From: Octopus vulgaris
Taxonomy: Eukaryota
Assembly (NCBI GenBank): GCA_951406725.2
Contig: OX597836.1
Location: forward strand, 29,636,001-29,700,000
Reading direction: 5' to 3'
DNA: 64,000 bases
A program made the position numbers and the translations under genes. Shown here one piece after another: positions 12,964-26,691 of this stretch. Numbering within the stretch: the first letter of the stretch is position 1; each line of letters opens with the position of its first letter. A model generated the notes under the pieces. The model worked only from the letters and a program-made list of their open reading frames with translations. It was not told the DNA's origin and made no database searches.

Positions 12964-14056
12964 TATTTTAAAAATCTTTGTTAGTAACAAAGATGCATCT
13001 ACAAAGTATCCATTTATCTTAAACTTACAATTTGGATATCTACAACAGTTAGAGAGGCCTTTGGTCACGCATTTATTTCTCTTACACACCTATTTTCACA
13101 CATATGAAATTGTGTGTGTACATGCGCGTGTGCATGCATACATACATGCATGCATACATACATACATACATACATACATACGTACGTACGTACATACACG
13201 CAAAATCTGTAAGTGGAACTGTAAAAATATGCAAGTCTTTCCTCAAGTCTAAAATGTGACGTTGTTTCTGTTATCTCCATTCCAACAATGGAGCTTTGTA
13301 TCTTTGTTAGAAACCAGCTCCTTTCTCGGAGGAAGAATTCAAATAATTAAAAACAGAAAAGAACAAAGACACATACATGCGTACACACACATACATACAC
13401 AATACAGAGTCATATCATAAGAAATCCAGAAATCCTCCTATCTTTCCACCCATCTTAGAAGCTAATCTAACTTGTTACTGACATTTCTCAGACGAAACAA
13501 AATGTATTTTGTTGGACTCAATGTTTTCAATAAAACATACATAATTAGTTTGCTTTCTACGTGTAAATGTCATAAATATCTAGATATGGTAGCGGTAAAT
13601 TTCCTAATGAAAATGCCGTAACTAAGACTTGAATTTCAAGTGAAAATGGTGTACCTCGAAATTTGGCACTTCGGGTACGTGCCTTATCAAGCACACTTTA
13701 TTTATGTTACTGAATGTTATCGCCATAGACAAGCGTAACAAGGAAAATGGAACAAAAACATACATCGAGTCTACAATGAATTTCTACCGAAATCGTTATA
13801 TACGATCTAGAAAAAGATAATTATTATTGGCATATGTTCCGATGTTGGCGATAAACTCTGAACTAGTGAAATCAACGCTAATTAATTCGCGCCAACGTGG
13901 GAGACTGGTTAAGGTCATTCGACCAGCCAAGAAATAGCAGCTCAAATATGTCAAAATTTACACAAAAATAGATTGTATGGTCTTGGGGTACCTTCGTTCT
14001 TATATCCGCTGGATCAGGGCTGGCTTGGAGCTAATCGTTAACAATGAGTGGCTTTA

Positions 14057-14219
14057 GGCGCAAGAGTGGCTGTGTGGTGAGTAGCTTGCTTACCAACCAC
14101 ATGGTTCCGGGTTCAGTCCCACTGCGTGGCACCTTGGGCAAGTGTCTTCTACTGTAGCCTCGGGCCGACCAAAGCCTTGTGAGTGGATTTGGTGGATGGA
14201 AACTGAAAGAAGCCCGTCG

Positions 14220-14254
<35 letters not shown>

Positions 14255-14458
14255 CTGTGTTTGCCCCCCCCACACACACACACACAACATCGCTTGACAA
14301 CCGATGCTGGCGTATTTACGTCCCCGTAACTTAGCGGTTCGGCAAAAGAGACCGATAGAATACGCTTACAAAGAATAAGTCCTGGGGTCGATTTGCTTGA
14401 CTAAAGGCGGTGCTCCAGCATGGCCGCAGTCAAACGACAGAAACAAGTAAAGAGTAAA
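14057..14458 (+). mobile_element. tRNA-derived SINE family A (representative); other copies ~1277-1635+, 9578-10358+, 15740-16395-, 16780-17172-, 18497-18860+, 20978-21443+, 27977-28384-, 30882-31282+, 36018-36570+, 41166-41560+, 43473-43952+, 45337-45970-, 48978-49352-, 60630-61060-, 62865-63248-, 63818-64000+
   Basis: A-box TGGCTGTGTGG, B-box GGTTCAGTCCC, CORE-like ACCTTGGGCAAGT, internal (TA)n/(TG)n tract, tail (GTAAAAGA)n; more than 15 dispersed copies. Confidence 0.9.
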
Positions 14459-16487
14459 TGACACAACTATTATTAACTCGAGTCAATGAGAAAGCCCTCC
14501 ACTAGGTTGATCGATTGAGAAGTAGCAACCCAATCCCTCTCAAATTACATTCAAAAACAAAAGGAATCACATTAGATTATATAACCTAAGCTATGTAATA
14601 CCCAAGAGAACAGGATGGTCACGATTGGAATGCCTTTGAGCCCGTAGGCTACTCGATAAGCTCTCAACACGGTCGATCGACTAGCAATAAGTAGGAATGA
14701 AATCTCCCTTACATTACATCGTATTCTTTTTTAAAATGTGGGGACAGCACATTAGATGACGTCATCGAAGATACGTAATGCCTAAGAAAATAGGGTTGGC
14801 TCCGCTGGGAAGCCCTTGAGTCTTAACCGTGGGCTCATGATCTGAGGTGAGCTAAGGTTGCATGCTTAATAGTAACAACAACGCTATTTAATTTTGATTT
14901 GCAAACTCAGTTTTGCTCACAAATCTCATTGGTTTGTTCTTTTTCAACTGAAAGTATCGTTGAACAAAAAGACGACGGAAAGGCGGTGAAAGTTCTTATC
15001 ATATACGCTTCAAGTTTATACTTTTAAGATAATTCCATTTACAGAGCCACACAGCCAGATAATTAAAAAAAAAAGATCCTATGTACGTTTTTCTTTCTTT
15101 TTCTTTTTTTAAAGTTGGAACCGAAATGAATAATTAAAGTAATCTCTTATCTTACAATCTGTTTCCAACGTTACCGAAGTTTCCCAAAACTAGGTTACAC
15201 TGACACAAGTTTTTATTATCTGCTACTAAATATATATTTAATGTCACTGTATACCAACTCAGTCGTTACATAAAAACTCGTTATATTTTGCATAATTTTT
15301 TTTTCTTCTTACAAAGAGTCATCGATAAATTTTCAAAAGACAACCACATAAGAAATGTATAAAACACTTGCTTTTTTTTTCTTTGGTTAGGTACATTTTT
15401 TTTTCTTCTTTAGTTATGCTTTTTTTTACTAATTGTTGCGCATCATTCATATATGATTATTATTATCCTCCCATCCAGCTGCTCCGAGCTAGCCGGCGCT
15501 TATTACGTCATCATATAGTCTTTGTCGTTTAATATCATTAACCCTTACTTCGTGTCGTGTCGTTAAGCATCTCGAAACGAATATTTGATACGTTTTCTTA
15601 CCAAGCCATACGAAAATCGATATTAGCGAAACATATCAAAGAGCACAAAAACAACTAACGTGCGTGCAGACAAACTCACGTAATCGCGCGCGCACGCACA
15701 AATGCATCTGTATGTATGTGTGTATGTGTGTGTGTCTGGTTTCTTTTATCCTTTTACGTGCTTTAGTCATTTGACTTGCGGCCATGCCGGAGCACCGCCT
15801 TAAAGTGTTTTTTTTTTTAGTCGAAAAAAATCGACCCCAGAACTTATTCTTTGTAAAGCCTAGTACTTATTCTATCGGTCTCTTTTGCTGAACCGCTAAA
15901 TTACGGGGACGTAAACACACCAACATCAGTTGTCAAGTGATGGTAGTGGGGGAACAAAAACAATTACAAAGACACATATAAATACATACATACATATAAA
16001 TATATTTATACAGCGGGCTTCTTTCGGTTTCTAATTTCTTTACTGCCCACAGAGGGCTAAACATAGAGGTGACAAACAAGGACAGACAAAGAGATTAATT
16101 CGATTACATCGATCCCCAGTGCGTAACTGGTACTTATTTAATCGACCTCGAAAGGATGAAAGGCAAAGTCGACCTCGGTGGAATTTGAACTCAGAATGTA
16201 AAGACAGAGAAAATATTGCTAAGCATTACACCCAGCGTGCTAACGTTTCTGCCAGCTCACCAAATCCACTCAAAGGCTTTGGTCAGCCCAAGGCTATAAT
16301 AGAAGACACTTGCCCAAGGTTCCATGCAGTGGTACTGAACCCAGAACCGTGTGGTTGGGAAGCAAGCTACTTACCACACATCCACGCCTGCACATATATA
16401 TATCATCATAAGTCATCATCATCATCATCCTTTAAAGTCCATTATCCATACTGGCATTGGTTGGACGGATTGACTCAACACAGAGTC

Positions 16488-17866
16488 CTACATCAAGTGC
16501 CTCAAGGAGGTAGTGCTACCCTGAGTCAAAAGGGTGGTTGCTGGAACACCCTATGTCTGGCAACATGACTCTGCACCATGCCACACAAGCAGGAGAGCCC
16601 AGTCATAGCTGTTTGACAATTTCTGTGACCACATCACCCCTAACATCTGGCCACCTAACACACCAGACTGCAACCCCCTTGATTATTATGTATGGGGTGC
16701 ATTTGAACGAGAGACCAAGATAACTCCTTGTAACACCAAAGATGAAGTAAAGGAAAGGATTATGGCAGCATTTAAAATATTACTCTTTACTCTTTACTGT
16801 TTTACTTGTTTCAGTCATTTGACTGCGGCCATGCTGGAGCACCGCCTTTAGTTGAGCAAATCGACCCCAGGACTTATTCTTTGTAAGCCCAGTACTTATT
16901 CTATCGGTCTCTTTTGCCGAACCGCTAAGTGACAGAGACGTAAACACACCAGCATCGGTTGTCAAGCAATGCTAGGGGGACAAACACATACACTTATATA
17001 TATATACATATATACGACAGGCTTCTTTCAGTTTCCGTGTGCCAAATCCACTCACAAGGCATTGGTCGGCCCAGGGCTATAGCAGAAGACACTTGCCAAA
17101 GATGCCATGCAGTGGGACTGAACCCGGAACCATGTGGTTGGTTAGCAAGCTACTTACCACACAGCCACTCCTATATTGTCTATATTACAAGACATGACCA
17201 ACCTAAACAAGGAGACTGTCCAGAAGAGCTGCAGGAGATTCTCAAGTCATCTGGTGGCCATGGTCGAAGCTAATGGCAATTTTATTTAATAAATTTACTC
17301 TTTAATATTTCAAGATATTTTCATGTAATTTTTGTAAATCATCATTGTTTAACGTCCGCTTGCCATGGCGGTATGGGTTGGATGATTTAACTGAGGACTG
17401 GCGAACTAGATGGCTGCACCAGGCTCCAATCTGATCTGGCAGAATTCCTACAGCTGGATGCCAACCACTCCAAGAGTGTAGTGGGTGCTTTTACATGCCA
17501 CCGACATGAGGGCCAGTCAGGCAGTACTGGTAATGGCCATGCTCAAATGGTGTTTTTTAAGTGCCACCTGCAGAGGAGCCAGTCCAGCAGCACTGGCAAC
17601 GACCTTGCTTGAATATTTTTTCACGTGCCACCGGCATAAGTGCCAGTAAGGTGACGCTGGTAATGATCACACTCAAATGGTACTTTTTACATGCTACCAT
17701 CACGGAAGCCACTCAGCTGCTCTGGCAACGATCACACTCGGATGGTGCTCTTAGCGCTCCACTAGCACGGATGCCAGGAGCACTAGCAATATGTTTGTTA
17801 AAATGAGATGTCAGTGTTATTTTAATTTTTGTGTAATTTAGACGAAAATTTATTCACCACACCCTG
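16488..17866 (+). mobile_element. Tc1/mariner DD37D (maT-type) transposon 3' relic, interrupted by a SINE and a LINE end
   Basis: YVWQHDSAPCHTS...WPPNTPDCNPLDYYVWG has 37 residues between the catalytic Ds. Continues at ~17195 (TNLNKETVQKSCRRF...VEANG). Right TIR ends ...CACCACACCCTG|TA at 17866. Confidence 0.85.
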
Positions 17867-17886
17867 TATGTATATATATATATATA

Positions 17887-18262
17887 CTAGCAGTATCGCC
17901 CGGCGTTGCTCGGGTTTGTAAGGGAAATAACTATAAAGCATTTTTAGAGAGTTATAGCCAAAAAATGCATTAAAAATGGAAAAAAAAATTATGGTAAATT
18001 TTTTTTTAAATCGTTGACTCATCGTAGACATTTTTAAAGAGTTACTTCCCTTATATAATAGCGAAAAAATGCATTAAAATGGAAAAAAATTATGGTAAAT
18101 TTTTTTTTAAATCGTAGACTCACGCTAATACCCAGAAGGGCTTGATATGAATCATGACTATAAGATACCCGCTTTTGGTTAAACTGCACCGCAAAATGTG
18201 GGAGTAGTTAGGAATCTAAATCGTAGGAGACAGACACACAACTTCTCTTTTATATATAAAGA
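17887..18262 (-). mobile_element. Non-autonomous Helitron
   Basis: A|TCTTTATATATAAAAG...CCCGAGCAACGCCGGGCGATACTGCTAG|T; internal ~95-bp duplication. Confidence 0.75.
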
Positions 18263-19139
18263 TATACCAAATGATAAGAAGACAAAGAAAATTCTTTAAC
18301 ACATCTTTAATGATTCATTACAATTGTTTCTGTACCGACTTTATTTACAGTGCCAGTTTCCCAAAAAAGTCAAAGTGAAAATTTATGTAATGTTTGCAGT
18401 TTTAGACATTAGAGAGACAGACCTTATATATAAGTGTGTGTGTGTGTGTATGTGTGTATATTTGTTATGAGAACAGAAACAGTATTAATTCATAATAGCA
18501 GTGGCTGTGTGGTAAGTAGCTTGCTTACGAACCACATGGTTCCGGGTTCAGTCCCATTGCGTGGCACCCTGGGCAAGTGTCTTCCACTATAGCCTCGGGC
18601 CGACCAAAGCCTTGTGAATGGATTTGGTAGACAGAAACTGAAAGAAGCCCTTCGTATATATGTGTGTATGTGTGTGAATATGTCTGTGTTTGTCCCCCCA
18701 ACATCGCTTGGCAACCGAGTTAGCAGTTCAGCAAAAGATACCGATAGAATAAGTACTAGGCTTACAAAGAATAAGTCCTGGGGTCGATTTGCTCGACTAT
18801 AGGCGGTGCTCCAGCATGGCCACATTCAAATGACTGAAACAAGTAAAAGAGTAAAAGAGTCATATTTAAAGCAGCTACACTGTTGAAAGCATCATCATAA
18901 TGAGCAGACTTCATATACCGAGATAGCATCTCTTATAGGTGTACGGTGTTAAAAAAAGCTACAGAAATATATATGATGAACAGAATTTCAAGTGCAAACC
19001 TAATGGGTTTTCTGTAGCCCAGCCATGTTTGCTTGTTGGCACAAATTGTTATGGTATAGATTTTGAAACCTGGTTGTTCTTCACATGTAGTCTACATGCT
19101 TCCAATACAATGTCATATTGATTGCTATGTATTTGAATG

Positions 19140-19289
19140 ATAAAACAAACATATGTGTATGTATGTATGCATATGTATAAGTATATATATATACATATAT
19201 GTGTGTGTGCGTATGTGTTTTTATACATATATATATATACATACATACATAAATATATATATATATATATATATACATACATACATACA

Positions 19290-19320
<31 letters not shown>

Positions 19321-19665
19321 CTGCATATATATATATATATGTAGGATTTAATAAAATATACATGCTCTATTTTATGAAATAGGTACATTTTCCCTCATTT
19401 GTAAATACAAACGTTCAGTAATCAATATGTATGTTTTTTCTCTTTCATTCAAATACTTAGTCCATCCCAGAACCATGTTGTCTGTAACCAGCTGGTGTGC
19501 TTGCCATAATGAGCTGTTAGAAGAAAAAAAATACACTTGAGCTCTTGCTGAAGGACTTCCCTAAAGAGCGTGTTCTCTCATATTGGCCTGTAAACTTGGA
19601 ATTCATTGACTTGGACTAGTACTTTCTCTATCAACCACTGAAGGATGCCAGATAAAATATATACA

Positions 19666-19742
<77 letters not shown>

Positions 19743-19955
19743 ATACACACACACACATATAGATAGATAGATAGATAGATAGATATACAAGCTTTTGATA
19801 TTAATTACTATGTTGAGCACTCGTAGTAAATCTAGTCCTCTAAAGCTATATATATATACACACACAATCATATATATATATACACATACATACATATATA
19901 TACATACATACGTACATACATACATACATACATATATGTTCAGCTGTCCAACATG

Positions 19956-19999
<44 letters not shown>

Positions 20000-20020
20000 A
20001 CAAACATACACATATATATG

Positions 20021-20060
<40 letters not shown>

Positions 20061-20115
20061 GTATACTAGTTAAAACACATCCACCAACAAAATCTACACA
20101 CACACACACACACAT
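19140..20115. repeat. (TA)n/(TACA)n microsatellite cluster (with unique island 19380-19655)
   Basis: Direct reading. Confidence 0.9.
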
Positions 20116-20499
20116 GCACAGATTGTTGGTGGATGTGTGTTAAATCTGTAGTGTTGTGTAGGCAGGGCTAGATTAAGGTCAACTGATGCCCCCAAGTGCA
20201 ACATCCCAACAATAGTGTTGATTCAACCTTACCATTGTTTAACTGTCAAGCCATTGGGACATCATAAGTGCTGAATATGAAGTAACAAATTAAACATTAG
20301 ATTTCTTCTAGTCCTTCCACAAAGCCAGATATTATAACTATATTAAATATCTTTTTTAATTAATGTCATTGATTTAACACAAAATAGCAATAAACAATAA
20401 AAGCAACAAAAAATGTAAACTCTTTGCAGTTTTTGTTGATTTTAATAAAAAATAAACTGTAGTAAAAAATATAAAATTTGTACATTAGTAGATCATCCT

Positions 20500-20845
20500 C
20501 CTATCATCTATCCATCCATCTATTCATCAATCCATCCCTGGGAGGGTCATGCAGTTAGAGTCCTCAGGCACCGCCTCTATAGTGTCCTATCAGAAGCAAC
20601 CATCATTATACTTTCTGGATGGATTCCGAAGTGTGACCAACTAACACTATGGATATTATCTAACCGTCCTGTTCTTGGGCTACCCCATGGTCTCCAATCA
20701 ATTGGCTAAGCTTGAAGAACATGTCTTGCAATCCTTTCTTACAACATTTTTATCACATGCCTGTAGTACTGGAACTGTAGAGAGATAATGGCTTGGCCTG
20801 GAGTGACTTCCTGATCTCTAAGTTACAATCCCTTGGTAAATCAGA
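20500..20845 (-). mobile_element. RTE-like LINE 3' end
   Basis: Minus strand QYYRHVIKML*ERIARHVLQA...RPWGSPRTGRLDNI...VASDRTL*RR (degenerate W.GHV.RM...RPRGRPR.RW.D...A.DR..WR), followed by a (GGAT)n-like tail. Confidence 0.7.
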
Positions 20846-20898
20846 TCCTCAAAAACTCTGTGGTGCCCACTTTTTCATAGTTCTCTAAACACATACTG

Positions 20899-21140
20899 TA
20901 TTTATCCTCACTTGAACATGAATGTTCTGTTAGAACAGACTATACTGTGGTAGATACCATGAGAGAAACTCTCATATAGGTGCAGGAGTGGCTGTGTGGT
21001 AAGTAGCTTGCTTACCAACCACATGGTTCTGGGTTCAATCCCACTGCGCGACACGTTGGGCAAGTGTCTTCTACTATAGCCTCAGGCCGACCAAAGCCTT
21101 GTGAGTGGATTTGGTAGACGGAAACTGAAAGAAGCCCATC

Positions 21141-21225
<85 letters not shown>

Positions 21226-21672
21226 TATATGTGTGTGTGTGTGTTTGTGTTTGTCCCCCCAACATCGCTTGACAACCGATGATGGTGTGTTTATGTCCCC
21301 GTAACTTAGCGCTTCGGCAAAAGAGACTGATAGAATAAGTACTAGGCTTACAAAGAATAAGTCCTGGGATTGATTTGCTCGACTAAAGGCGGTGCTCCAG
21401 CATGGCCACAGTCACATGACTGAAACAAGTAAAAGAGTAAAAGTGTATAGGCTTTTGGTGTAAAATGTGCTCTTGTTTATATTGCTATTGGGGAGAAAAA
21501 TCCCCCACCATCTCCAGCACCAGAACCACCTGGAAATGACTGGGATTTATCTCCCCACTAGTAACAAACAAGAGTGCATTTTGCACCAAAAGCAAATAGA
21601 GTTTCTCTCATGGTATCTTACCACAGTATAGCATGTTCTAAGAGAACATCCCTACTTAAGTGAGGATAAATA
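20899..21672. repeat. Fold-back element (~130-bp arms) with a SINE inserted in the left arm
   Basis: 20899-20972 plus 21450-21503 is the reverse complement of 21541-21672. Confidence 0.85.
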
Positions 21673-21738
21673 TTACCTCTCGGTATTAATGCAGCCTCTG
21701 TCAGTACTCTATATTTTTTAACACACAGTTTTGTTTAA

Positions 21739-21960
21739 CCCCTGGCAGCCGGATTTAGTACTGACAGTCTTTGCTGTGTACTGGTATTAGGCCATTCAGT
21801 AACCGCAAATTTTTCATACAAGGAATTTTACAGTGTATTCACTGGTTTTTTCCCAGTGTGGTATATTTGAAAGCATGTTACCCCACAGAGCAAGACATTG
21901 CACTGCTCACACACACACAGTGTTTCAATGCAGTCAGTACCACTTCCTGTTTGCAAGGGG
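21739..21960 (-). mobile_element. Miniature piggyBac retaining the transposase C-terminal cysteine-rich domain
   Basis: TTAA|CCCC...GGGG|TTAA, with imperfect ~30-bp TIRs. Minus strand encodes ETLCVCEQCNVLLCGVTCFQIYHT, the piggyBac CRD motif (ET...C..C.v.LC...CF..YHT). Confidence 0.85.
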
Positions 21961-23428
21961 TTAATTGTTATTGCAGGCATATTGTTTTGGGTGTTGATAG
22001 CTTTCTTGTTGTTTAATCTCTTTGTGTGTTTCTTACAGGTTTGCTGGATGTGTCTTACTCTGGAGTGTTCATTGTTTGTTTTGAAATCCATCTAAAATAA
22101 TGCACTTCATAAAATTAGTGACTTTAATTCCTTTATCTTTATGCTTGACATTTTTCAGTCGTTGGACTGTGGCCATCCTGGAGCACTACATTGTAGGGTT
22201 AAGACGAACAAATCGACTCCAGTACTTATTTTAAGTCTGGTACTTATTCTGTCAGTCTCTTTTGTCAAACCACTAAGTTACAAGAATGTAAACAAACCAA
22301 CAATGGTTGTTGAATGGTGGTAGGGGAAAACAAACACAAAGACATACATACATATATGTGGAAGTGGAAGCACTGCGTCGGTTACGGCGATGAGGGTTCC
22401 GGTTGATCTGAATCAACGGAACAGCCTGCTCGTGAAATTAACGTGTAAGTGGCTGAGCACTCCACAGACACGTGTACCCTTAACGTAGTTCTCGGGGATA
22501 TTCAGCGTGACACAGAGAGTGACAAGGCCGGCCCTTTGAAATACAGGTACAACAGAAACAGGAAGTATGAGTGAGAGAAAGTTGTGGTGAAAGAGTACAG
22601 CAGGGATCACCACCATCCCCTGCCGGAGCCTCGTGGAGCTTTAGGTGTTTTCGCTCAATAAACACTCACAACGCCCGGTCTGGGAATCGAAACCGCGATC
22701 TTATGACCGCAACTCCGCTGCCCTAACCACTGGGCCATTGCGCCTCCACTATATGTATACATACATATATGTATACATACATATATATCTGTATGCCATG
22801 CATCCATTTTCAAGTAAGTTTATCTTAGCCTTTTTTTATGTGACCCTACTCTAAACTGTCTTCTCCCCATCCTTCTCTAATTCCCTTTTCTCCCTTTCAC
22901 CGTTTTCTATCTATCTCTCTTTCTCCTCCTCTTTCTCTTTTTCTCTCTCTCGTTGCTCACATGTGACCATTGTCCATCTTCCCTTTCCTCATGTGACCAT
23001 CTTTCTTTTCCTGCATGGACGTTCTAAGGACTGGAGGTCTCCTATCTTTTCTCTTTCCCAAGAAAATATTTCTCTCAGCATTCACTATTTTCCCCTCATT
23101 CTGGTCTAACAACCCTACGTGTTTGTTTTCATTTGGTTTCCCTGTATGTCTCCACTGTCCTGCTTTTGTTCCCAACTTTGACCCTCCATAAATTCACAAT
23201 TTTATTTTAGTATTTATAGGAGCAACTGTCTTCAAGGACTCATATTGTGATTGATTGCTCGAAATGTGGAGTAGATGGACAGCCAACAACTGATGAAGGG
23301 TTGTTCTTTGTATTCTTTGTATTACTCGTCCTGTTTTCCATTTTTTCTCTCACTGTTTGTGTATTTAACTCATATATTTTCATATTTCATGTTTACTGTT
23401 GGTGACATCCTGTACCCAATATATATAT

Positions 23429-23507
<79 letters not shown>

Positions 23508-24254
23508 TATATTATTTATATTATTAGATATATATATATATATAAAATTTGATGACTGGCATCCATGCTAGTGGAGCGTTAAGAGCACCATCTGAGCATG
23601 ATCGTTACCAGCGTCACCTTAATGGAACTTGTGCCGGTGGCACATGAAAAAACATTCGAGCGAGGTCGTTGCCAGTGCTGCTGGACTAGCTCCTGTGCAG
23701 GTGGCACGTAAAAAACACCATTTGAGCATGGCCGTTACCAGTACCGCCTGACTGGCCCTCATGCCGGTAGCACGTAAAAGCACCCACTACACTCTTGGAG
23801 TGGTAGGCGTTAGGAAAGGCATCCAGCAGTAGAAATTCTGCCAGATCAAGATTGGAGCCTGGTGCAGCCATCTGGTTCGCCAGTCCTCAGTTAAATCGTT
23901 CAACCCATGCTAGCATGGAAAGCAGACGTTAAACGATGATGATGATATATATATTGCTGATGTCATAACAATTTCATAAACTTTTGAGAGAAAGTTAAAT
24001 GATTCTTTTTCGAATGATATAACTTGAAGCACATGCATAAAGCTGTAAACAACAGCATGTAAATATTGAGTTGAAAAACCCCTCCAGCCTTCAACTTTTT
24101 CTATCCAAAAGAGTTTCTACTACAGTCTCAGGCTGATCGATGTCTTGTGAGTGCATTTCGTAGATGGAAACTGTGTGTAAACCTGATATCTATTTATCTC
24201 TCTATCTGTCTTTATATCTATGTATGTATATATGTGTGTGTATATATATATATA

Positions 24255-24300
<46 letters not shown>

Positions 24301-25503
24301 TTCATACGCACACACACACACAGATAGTAGGCTTCCACACAGTTTGTCTACCAAATTCACTCACACAACATTGATTAGCCTGAGGCTATAGTAAAAGGCA
24401 TTAGCCCAAAGTACTATGCAGTGGGACTGAACCTGAAACCACAGAGTAGCAAAGCAAGCTTCTTGACCACACAGCCAATTATTTTTCTAAAAATTCTTTT
24501 TACTGATTTATTCTTTGTATTCATTTTCTTCTTCTTCTTTCTATATTTTATCCTTTGTTAAACCTCAGTACAGCAGACCTATGAACAAAAGATATTCCAC
24601 ACTTGACCATCACATCTTTTTTTATGTTTTTCAGATACACCATAACCAACATGTCTTGTTTCCTTTATCTTTTTTTTTAAGCAGGTAAGTTGTTATTTGA
24701 GGTTCATGTGGTTACCATTTTCAGAAATTCCAGCTACTACATGGAATTCCCACATTGAATTGTTCCTATCCTTTGTGCCTTTATTGTTTGTCATGCTCAG
24801 CTCTGAATCAGCAGATTTGTGATCAAAATACCTTTCCAGCCTGTAACCAGAGACCATTTCTTATTTACTCAGATATTAATTACTTTTGCACTGTGTAGTT
24901 TATATATAAAATGTATGCGAGGGTTTTACCCATGGGGAAGGTGTGACTGTGTGGTTGAGAGACTTGCTTCATGATCATGCAGTCCCAGGTTCAGTCCCAC
25001 TTTGCAATACTTTGGACAGGTGTCTTCTGCCATCCAGTGCTCCGTGAGTGAATTTGGTAGGTGGAAACTTGAAAGAAGTTTGTTGTGTGTGTGTGTATAT
25101 ACACTACACTTGATTTTCTCCCCTCCATACACACACAAGCATGTATCTGACTCATACACTGTTCACTTTCCAGACATTTCTACATTACTGCATGTACTTT
25201 ATATGCACTTTCTGACAAGTTGTAATGCACCTGAGCACTGTATACAATAATTTCATTATTATTATTATTATTTTATATATATATATATATATATGTATAT
25301 GTATGTATATGTGTGTGTGTGTATATATATAAAGAAGTTAAAAATGCATTGTGTATGTAGAACCTGCCAGCTAGCAGTGAATCATGACTGTTAAATGGCA
25401 GAATCTACGTAAGTGTTGTATGGTTAGGAAAAAGATATTCAATAGCTAAATTTGATGCCTTGTCCTGACTCTACATGATGGTTGTAAATGAACTTCACTG
25501 TCG

Positions 25504-25965
25504 TACAAGGGATGTTTTTCATATTGAGTCTTCCGTAGATAAACTTGTCAGACCATGGGGAAATATTGCCTAAGTTTGCCTAAGACTGATTAAAACTGTA
25601 TGTAGATCTAGATTATTTTTTTAAAGACAGTTAAGGAGTGAGTTGAGGGAGACTTATTTGCTATTCCTAGCAGGTCAAGAAATCTAGTAGAGATTCTCAC
25701 ATTAGCTTGCTTTTCTTTTTGTTGTAACAAATCCTACAAGGAATGTTTTTCATATTGAGTCTTCTGTTGATAAACTTGTCAGACCATGGGGAAATATTGC
25801 CTAAGTTTGCCTAAGACTGATTAAAACTGTATGTAGATCTAGATTATTTTTTTAAAGACAGTTAAGGAGTGAGTTGAGGGAGACTTAGTCGCTATTCCTA
25901 GCAGGTCAAGAAATCTAGTAGAGATTCTCACATTAGCTTGCTTTTCTTTTTTTGTTATAACAAAT
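25504..25965. repeat. Tandem duplication, ~231-bp unit x2
   Basis: TACAAGG...AACAAAT repeated at 25504 and 25735, near-identical. Confidence 0.9.
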
Positions 25966-26572
25966 GAATCGGTCATTTCAGAGGTTGTTGCTGTTGTTTA
26001 GTCTCTAGATCAGTACTAACTGAGCAGAGCTCTGACATATCAGTCCAAACAATTAAACATGATATACTGGTCTATTGTTCCACATATAGATTTATGTGTT
26101 GTAACTGGGTCAATAACATGAATTCAGATTAAATTCAAGGATGGTTTACCTAATGCCTTACCCACCTGCCTACTCACCTACCTATGTCACTACCTACCTA
26201 CCTACCTACCTCCCTACCTAACTACATACATAGCTATATACACACATGCATACCTACCTATATATTAACTTACCTACCAATCTACATACATGCATACATA
26301 TCTACCTACCTATACACATACATACATATATGCATACCTAATACATACTTACATCCATACATGTTTGTGCATATATACAAACACACATACATACATACAT
26401 ACACACATCCAATCATACATATCTACATGCATGCATATCTATATTTATTCTTTTATATGCTTAAGCCCTTAGGCTGTGGCCATGCTAGGGCACCACCAGT
26501 GATATTTATATATATGATATATATGTGTGTGTGTGTGTATGTAATATATGTATATATCTATCTATCTATATA

Positions 26573-26623
<51 letters not shown>

Positions 26624-26691
26624 GAACACACCTACATATGTACAAACAAGCATGCATACATACATATATTTGTACATTTAATATTGCTAAT

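Noticed and set aside
23180-23420. Hammerhead at CTGATGAAGGG (related element at ~6488-6700; also ~61235 minus)
   Set aside because: No closing stem II or GAAA. May be PLE-related repeats, but the motif is unsupported.
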